A stretch of DNA of 64,000 nt, from positions 168,290-232,289 of the forward strand of contig DAIDHL010000001.1 in the NCBI GenBank assembly GCA_027459745.1. The letters run 5' to 3'. This stretch comes from Candidatus Levyibacteriota bacterium (GTDB taxonomy: Bacteria; Patescibacteriota; Microgenomatia; Levybacterales; UBA12049). Positions 58,880 through 64,000 of this stretch are shown piece after piece; the stretch's first letter is position 1; every line of letters begins with the position of its first letter. The notes beneath the pieces are model-generated. The model did no database searches. It was given only the letters and a program-made list of their open reading frames with translations, and was not told the origin of the DNA. A program made the position numbers and the translations under genes.

Positions 58880-59884
58880 TTATTCTGTATTATTTATGAT
58901 TGTTTTCGCTCCAGAAATGTACCCATAAGAATTCCATGATATATTGAGATAATGCAATAATGCTTGTCCGGTCATATATCCAGGTCGCACACGAAAGAGA
59001 AAATACCTATTCTGCTGGTTTTGCTCATTTCCTGCAATTGTTGACGCTGCTGTCGTGAATCCTGCCTGCTTTACAACACTGAGTGTCTGTGCATCAAATG
59101 CACCATAAGGATAGGCAAAGGAATAGACATGGATATGATATTCTTGCTCAAGCATCGTTTTGCTGGTATCAACTTCCTCTTGTACATATGCGAGCGGTTT
59201 CCCTTTCAGTAATACGTGATGAACAGTATGCGCACCAATGTCCACCAGACCACTGTTAACAACGTCTTGGAGCTCTTTTGGAGTAAGGGAGTCAGAGTTC
59301 GTACCCACAAAGCCTGGGACGATATATGCCGTTACTTTTATATGGTATTTTTTCAAAATTGGTAGAACGTTTGTGTCTAAATCCCAATGTCCATCATCAA
59401 ATGTCAAAATTATTGGATTTTGGGGAAGTGGCATCTTTCCATCAAGGATATCTCCTAATTCTTTTGCAGTAATAAAGGTATATCCGGCTTGCAAAAGGGT
59501 TTGAATTTGCTCTTCAAAGACGTTTGGGTCAACATTTAAAAGTTGACGTTCTGTATCTTTGGTATTTTGTACGTACTCAACGTAATGGTACATAAGAATA
59601 GGCACATGCAGCGTTGCAGAGATACTTGCTGTGTGTGTTTGTTGCTGGAGGACTTTTCTCACATCGGATGGTATCTTTTTCAGAGAGTTTTTCTCAGTTT
59701 CAGGAACCATTTTTTGATGTAAAGACGATGTTCTATAGAACAAAAAGCCTCCAAGTAAAGTAAGGATTGCTATAGCAATAAGTAATGGTATATATCGTTT
59801 TTGATGCAATACTTCCCCAAGGAGACTTTTTTTAAGAATTATTTTATTTTTCTGACGACGTCTTTTACGTTGTTGCACTGGCAT
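58880..59884 (-). CDS. polysaccharide deacetylase (NodB homology), membrane anchored
   Basis: ILTFDDGHWD...HTVHH motifs of CE4. Confidence 0.75.
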   Translation of the reverse strand: MPVQQRKRRRQKNKIILKKSLLGEVLHQKRYIPLLIAIAILTLLGGFLFYRTSSLHQKMVPETEKNSLKKIPSDVRKVLQQQTHTASISATLHVPILMYHYVEYVQNTKDTERQLLNVDPNVFEEQIQTLLQAGYTFITAKELGDILDGKMPLPQNPIILTFDDGHWDLDTNVLPILKKYHIKVTAYIVPGFVGTNSDSLTPKELQDVVNSGLVDIGAHTVHHVLLKGKPLAYVQEEVDTSKTMLEQEYHIHVYSFAYPYGAFDAQTLSVVKQAGFTTAASTIAGNEQNQQNRYFLFRVRPGYMTGQALLHYLNISWNSYGYISGAKTIINNTE

Positions 59885-59970
59885 AGCTGGGATAAATGAA
59901 CACTAGGAATTTTAATTATAACATGAGTTTATAAAACAATGATTATCTTGGATAAAACAAAGGAGGAGGA

Positions 59971-60198
59971 TCAGAAGGGAATCAAGTCTTTTATCTTCAC
60001 TCCCAAAACTTGCGAAATCTTATACATCGTCTCAAAGGCAGGGAAGTTATATCCTGCTTCAATATATGCAATAGACGTTAAGGCTAATCCCGCTCTTTCT
60101 GCAAGCTGTTCTTGGGTTAACCCTTTCTCTTTTCTCAACTTCTGAATATGTCTTCCCAACGTTTGCCGCATATTATTTAGTTTAGTATCATTACTCAT
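59971..60198 (-). CDS. XRE-family HTH regulator
   Basis: LRKEKGLTQEQLAERAGLALTSIAYIEAG; C-terminus similar to the XRE at 33989-34213. Confidence 0.8.
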   Translation of the reverse strand: MSNDTKLNNMRQTLGRHIQKLRKEKGLTQEQLAERAGLALTSIAYIEAGYNFPAFETMYKISQVLGVKIKDLIPF

Positions 60199-60230
60199 AC
60201 TTACAGGCTAACATAATCAGCGGGAAAATC

Positions 60231-60303
60231 TATTAGTCTATGACTAATAATGCATCTTGACAACCTGCAAACTTTGAGGCAATATATTAGTCATAGACTA
60301 ATA
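60231..60303 (+). promoter_or_regulatory. divergent switch region: two 19-bp palindromes TATTAGTC-TAT-GACTAATA (60231-60249) and TATTAGTC-ATA-GACTAATA (60285-60303) flanking TTGACA (60257-60262) -35
   Basis: Both palindromes perfect; second overlaps the -10 of the rightward promoter. Confidence 0.6.
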
Positions 60304-60306
60304 AGT

Positions 60307-60651
60307 ATGGAGCTATATCTAGAAGATATTGTATGGGGGAATAGGCTGTACGTTAACGCACAGTTTACAGTTACATTTGTATCATTGCTTCAAAAGTATG
60401 CGCAAGGGAAAATTCCTCTCGCCTACTTCTTTTCTTATGCTCATGCTATAAAAATGCAACGAAAAATCATACTTTATAAAGATTTAGCCAGACAAATAGA
60501 TGAGATTACTACTCTTGAAGATCTCATTAAGACAGGAAAGGTAACTCTTCGTGATGTTCGTGTGATCCACTACATTATAAATCGGGTGTATATCCAGCTT
60601 ACAGGAGCCCCCTTAGACTTTGTAAGAACTTCTAACGATACATTATCTTAA
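60307..60651 (+). CDS. hypothetical protein (114 aa) downstream of the XRE-controlled promoter
   Basis: ORF track starts at 60250 but that overlaps the promoter; internal ATG 60307. Confidence 0.45.
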   Translation: MELYLEDIVWGNRLYVNAQFTVTFVSLLQKYAQGKIPLAYFFSYAHAIKMQRKIILYKDLARQIDEITTLEDLIKTGKVTLRDVRVIHYIINRVYIQLTGAPLDFVRTSNDTLS

Positions 60652-60681
60652 TCCCTACCTCTGTTAAGGGCTGCGCCCCTC

Positions 60682-60776
60682 TTTTGCAAGGGTATATAAA
60701 CGAAGTCGTTGCTTCGCCCTTGCAAAATTCACCCTGCTATTGCATCGCAGGTATAGGAAGCAGGCAGGCTGCTTCC
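60682..60776. other. GC-rich non-coding segment with three consecutive hairpins, candidate oriT or structured RNA
   Basis: TTTTGCAAGGG...(nested CGAAG/CTTCG)...CCCTTGCAAAA; CCTGC-9-GCAGG; GGAAGCAG-5-CTGCTTCC. Confidence 0.35.
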
Positions 60777-60821
60777 TAAAAAATATTTTCAAATATACGC
60801 AGCCAGAAAGGGGTGAATAAA

Positions 60822-61160
60822 ATGAATCCAGTAATTACAGCAGATTTCTCACAATTTGGTATACGAGAACTGACCTTTGCACAGCTATTACTCAAAGCAT
60901 ATGCAGAAAGAGGTGCCGATTTTTTAGGGTGTGGGTTAACAGTCAATTTCAATACACACAGTGGGTATGTTTTCTTATCGGATGAAGATTACAACGTTGG
61001 TGTACTCGATGAAACAGAAGAATACATCGTGCAATTTTACTCATGCCCACAATGTGGCTATGAAGGGACACAACAAGAAGCAGTGGATAATGGCTGTGAC
61101 TTCGTTAAAAACGACGGGTACTGTTCGAAAAAATGCTACGAGCGTGAGTGGAGTTGTTAA
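60822..61160 (+). CDS. Cys-rich small protein with zinc-ribbon-like CPQCG...C..C
   Basis: ATG 60822 after GGGG Shine-Dalgarno; ORF track starts at GTG 60813. Confidence 0.45.
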   Translation: MNPVITADFSQFGIRELTFAQLLLKAYAERGADFLGCGLTVNFNTHSGYVFLSDEDYNVGVLDETEEYIVQFYSCPQCGYEGTQQEAVDNGCDFVKNDGYCSKKCYEREWSC

Positions 61161-61669
61161 AAAAATTCTGCCCACCTGCCCATAATATTATTTGACAATC
61201 TACCAGCAGAACAATATACTGAGGTTATTATCATGGAGAATGGCGAACAATCAGAACAACGGCCACAACAATTTCAGGAATACGGAGACGTAAACCTCCT
61301 GATGACCAATGGAGTAATATAACTATTACTCGCCCACTACGTGGAGGCAAGACAGAACAGATAGAACTTCGGTTCCCTTTACGACTACAGAACTAGATAC
61401 CATAAATGCAGCCAGACAAGCGAGGGATACACTTGCGGATGAAGCATTAGCAGGAAGTGGTCATGTGCGAACTTTTTATACCCAGGAATCAATACCGCAA
61501 GGCTATTCACTGCAAGATAGATCAAGTGCAGTACAATCAATGCGAAAAGCCGCAATGTATGCAGCAACACTTCTTGATCGACCTGGCATTTCAAACCCAT
61601 CAAGGGCAACATTGACGACAGTAGTTGATACACTGCAGCCATTCCTTGCTCCTAAGAAGGGATAAATAG

Positions 61670-62434
61670 CTAGTCAACAGTTTCCCAAATATTTACATTA
61701 GATTGTGCAAAGCGAATTTTATCTTTGGTTGTCACAAAAAAGGAAATGTCAGCAAATGATTTCTCCAGTACCGCCTTTCCGTAATATACAATATGCTTTT
61801 TCATTCGCTCATTTGCACAAATAAATAATATAGTTGGAAACGGCGCATCATCTGTATTTGTACTCCAATCTCCTTCGTCAAGGTATTTCAAGTATCCTTG
61901 CAGTCGCCCCCGAATAACACGGGAAGGAGTCGCTTCGTCAAAATAGTCGAGAAAGTATCGCTCAACTTTGTCCTTTGCCAGTTCTGTAATATACGCATCA
62001 GGTAATGGCTCAGGAAAATAATCATACATCCATAATTCAGATTGGGTAAAATAGTCTACTAGTGTACTTTCTCCTTTCTGTTCACAAAAGAAAAAATAAA
62101 GGTCAGCAATAAAAAGATTTCGATTAATAAAATTTTTCGTCTTTGTTTTTTCTTTGTATAACCACCGAAGTAAATTGGGATTGCATGCTTCATTTTCTTT
62201 AAGAATATGTCGTGACTTACTCTCCAAATGAAAGATATATGGTTTTGTCACATTACTTTTATCTGATATACAACCAATATATCCTTTTTCTTTTAAATCT
62301 GTTACCCATGCTTTAATGCGATGGGGGTCTTTGTGATGAAAGAGTTTTTGGAGATGAGAAATAGTAAGAAAGCGGAATCGATAGAGTTGATATTGTAGTT
62401 CTTTTTCTTTTTTAGTGGTCGGTGGTAATACCAT
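61670..62434 (-). CDS. Replic_Relax-like protein, paralog of 37179-37958
   Basis: LYRFRFLTISHLQKLF...IKAWVTDLKEKGYI...FVTTKD. Confidence 0.5.
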   Translation of the reverse strand: MVLPPTTKKEKELQYQLYRFRFLTISHLQKLFHHKDPHRIKAWVTDLKEKGYIGCISDKSNVTKPYIFHLESKSRHILKENEACNPNLLRWLYKEKTKTKNFINRNLFIADLYFFFCEQKGESTLVDYFTQSELWMYDYFPEPLPDAYITELAKDKVERYFLDYFDEATPSRVIRGRLQGYLKYLDEGDWSTNTDDAPFPTILFICANERMKKHIVYYGKAVLEKSFADISFFVTTKDKIRFAQSNVNIWETVD

Positions 62435-62581
62435 AGAGTTTATTAAAATATATCTGTTTGTGAGTCCATTTCGATCCTCTTATATACTATATAAGAATAA
62501 GAAGGATGTATTTCTCATAAAAATAGATTCAAAACCAACAAATTTATGTACCCACACGTAGGTACAATTCGTCGGTACTAT

Positions 62582-64000
62582 TCATTGTCCTTTTTTGCGC
62601 TTGGGTAATCGGTTATTTGTTACAGATTCCTCCTTCGTTCCATTGTCTTCTTTGTTAGTCTTCTCATCATTTGTAAATGTAGGTTTGATTACTGCTTTTG
62701 TTATTTTTTTGACTATTTTCTTCACGTAAATAATCGCATAATTCTTCCTCGATGCTTCAATCAACCGTTGTATTCTTATCTGATCTTTAACAATTGCCTC
62801 TTTGATTGTTTCTCCTGAGAATGGTTCTTCTGATTCAAGGGCAGTAATTTTAATATAGAATCGAAAACGGGGAAGATTCATGATTTCTCCCTTTTGTAAG
62901 AACGGTGCAAATTGCGAAAGCAATAAGTCTTCATCAATGGGATTACCTGTTCGGAAACTGACAATGGTTGTGACATTAGCTAAGATAACGGGAACAATTG
63001 TTCTATCTTGTTGCTGAGACGTTGACTGCTCGGCAATGATTAACCGTAGTCCATATTTACGTCCCTCGGCAAGCAACTTGGTAAATGATTGGGTTGCAAA
63101 GTTTTGGAATTCATCAACATAGAGATAAAATGGTCTTCGTGTTTCTTCTGGAATGTTTGCCCGTTTGAGTGCTGCTTGTTGCAGTTTTGTTAGTATCGTT
63201 ATTCCTAACAGTCGTGATGTATCTTCACCGATGCGTTGTGAGAAATTACAGATGAGGATTTTCCCATTTAATATTTCATCAAAGTTAATGGTTGACTTTG
63301 GTTGTTCCAATATGCGTCTCGCAGTAGGCGATCGGAAGAATCGACTTACCTTTGCTGTGACACCTTGTGTCATTTTGACGACTTGGAAGTCACCTGCTTT
63401 GCCAAATTCATATTTCCAAAAGTCGAGTAATTCCTCATCGTCAGTTATTTTTTTGAGGACATCATTTCTGAATTTTGGGTTCGATAATATTTTATTCAAT
63501 GTGAATAATGTTGCGTCTTCGACATAAAATGCTGTATAAATCGTTTGTCGAAGGATATGCTCAATGCGATGGGCATTGGCATGTTCTTCTTTGGAGAAGA
63601 CTTTGCGAAAGAGCGAAACAACACCCTCTGTGACTGTTTCTTTTTCCAGTTCTGTCTCATCGTCATCTAATCCCTTGGTCAATTCCAATACGTTGATCCC
63701 AACTGGATATTTCAAATCGGCTGGATTAACGTACACAAGATCATTGATACGTTCTTCAGGGATCGTCGCGAGTAATTCTTGTGCCACATCACCATGCGGA
63801 TCAATAAAAGCAATCCCTCTGCCTTTTTGGATATCTTCCATTGCCATACGAAACATCATGGTTGTTTTCCCACTTCCGGTTCTTCCCAGAATATACATGT
63901 GCGTTGCCCGCTGCTCGTCAGTTAGACCAATTTCTGTTGTTATGCCTCCATAGGTATTTTTAGCAAAGACGACATCCAATTGTTTGCCTTGTTTAAGCGA
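62582..64000 (-). CDS. type IV coupling protein-like ATPase (TraG/VirD4/TcpA-like), N-terminus beyond window
   Basis: Walker A GRTGSGKTT, IDPHGD, Walker B YLYVDEFQNF; reading frame stays open to the window edge. Confidence 0.7.
   Translation of the reverse strand, partial: SLKQGKQLDVVFAKNTYGGITTEIGLTDEQRATHMYILGRTGSGKTTMMFRMAMEDIQKGRGIAFIDPHGDVAQELLATIPEERINDLVYVNPADLKYPVGINVLELTKGLDDDETELEKETVTEGVVSLFRKVFSKEEHANAHRIEHILRQTIYTAFYVEDATLFTLNKILSNPKFRNDVLKKITDDEELLDFWKYEFGKAGDFQVVKMTQGVTAKVSRFFRSPTARRILEQPKSTINFDEILNGKILICNFSQRIGEDTSRLLGITILTKLQQAALKRANIPEETRRPFYLYVDEFQNFATQSFTKLLAEGRKYGLRLIIAEQSTSQQQDRTIVPVILANVTTIVSFRTGNPIDEDLLLSQFAPFLQKGEIMNLPRFRFYIKITALESEEPFSGETIKEAIVKDQIRIQRLIEASRKNYAIIYVKKIVKKITKAVIKPTFTNDEKTNKEDNGTKEESVTNNRLPKRKKGQ

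Larger units (their letters stand above)
38143..64000. mobile_element. ICE-like conjugative element, partial (right end beyond window)
   Basis: Serine recombinase, PLD nuclease, M23 peptidase, VirB4, VirB3/6/2-like, metal cargo, XRE switch, Replic_Relax, T4CP all co-located; left boundary approximate. Confidence 0.6.

Noticed and set aside
61232-61665. Overlapping small ORFs (a 29-aa ATG ORF, 61385-61642 on the minus strand, and 61465-61665 on the plus strand) in the 500-bp gap before Replic_Relax
   Set aside because: They are mutually exclusive frames with no strong start signals, so I could not decide which, if any, is real. The region may instead be non-coding, for example part of an oriT-relaxase leader.
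1-64000. CRISPR arrays, rRNA genes, IS transposases
   Set aside because: No regularly spaced short repeats were seen. There are no rRNA-like GC-rich conserved blocks. No DDE or IS200-like transposase motifs were recognised in any ORF.

Overview
This 64-kb window is low-GC, gene-dense DNA from what looks like a small-genome Gram-positive-like or CPR/Patescibacteria-type bacterium. That guess is an inference from the gene content: isopentenyl phosphate kinase, a type IV pilus operon, and Gram-positive-style T4SS genes.

The left half (1 to about 33.3 kb) is chromosomal core. It carries a LysM protein 3' fragment, tRNA-Gly(CCC), pyrG, rplS, a YraN-like gene, uvrB, lexA with a palindromic operator, a DedA-family gene, rsmI, a CYTH-domain gene, an Acs-like acyl-CoA synthetase and PEP synthase. 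An Hpt-REC regulator then precedes a type IV pilus operon: pilB, pilC, four prepilin-like genes (one of 668 aa), a PilM/N-like gene and the major pilin. After that come a cupin/PMM pair, a HolA-like gene, dus, a GT2, alpha/beta hydrolases and isopentenyl phosphate kinase.

The right half (about 33.4 kb to the window end) is mobile DNA. A 168-bp near-perfect direct repeat (about 33400-33567 and 39820-39987) brackets a 6.4-kb segment. That segment carries an XRE regulator, an 811-aa GmrSD-like DUF262/DUF1524 nuclease with a C-terminal HEPN-like RNx3H motif, a Replic_Relax-like protein and a large serine recombinase.

Downstream is an ICE-like element. It has a PLD (HKD) nuclease, a TM2 protein, an M23 peptidase, a VirB4 ATPase split into two ORFs, VirB3/VirB6/VirB2-like genes and a metal/copper cargo island. 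The island holds a CsoR-controlled operon, a BlaI/BlaR1-like pair, DsbA, Cys-rich exported paralogs, a Met/His-rich protein and a polysaccharide deacetylase. Then come an XRE switch with paired 19-bp palindromes, a GC-rich triple-hairpin oriT candidate, a second Replic_Relax paralog and a T4CP ATPase cut by the window edge. The gene order of the left 6.4-kb segment mirrors the right end of this ICE, which suggests tandem accretion of two related elements.

No rRNA and no CRISPR array were seen. Motif coordinates that I derived by hand may be off by 1-2 nt. CDS coordinates follow the supplied ORF track, with a few start codons re-picked.
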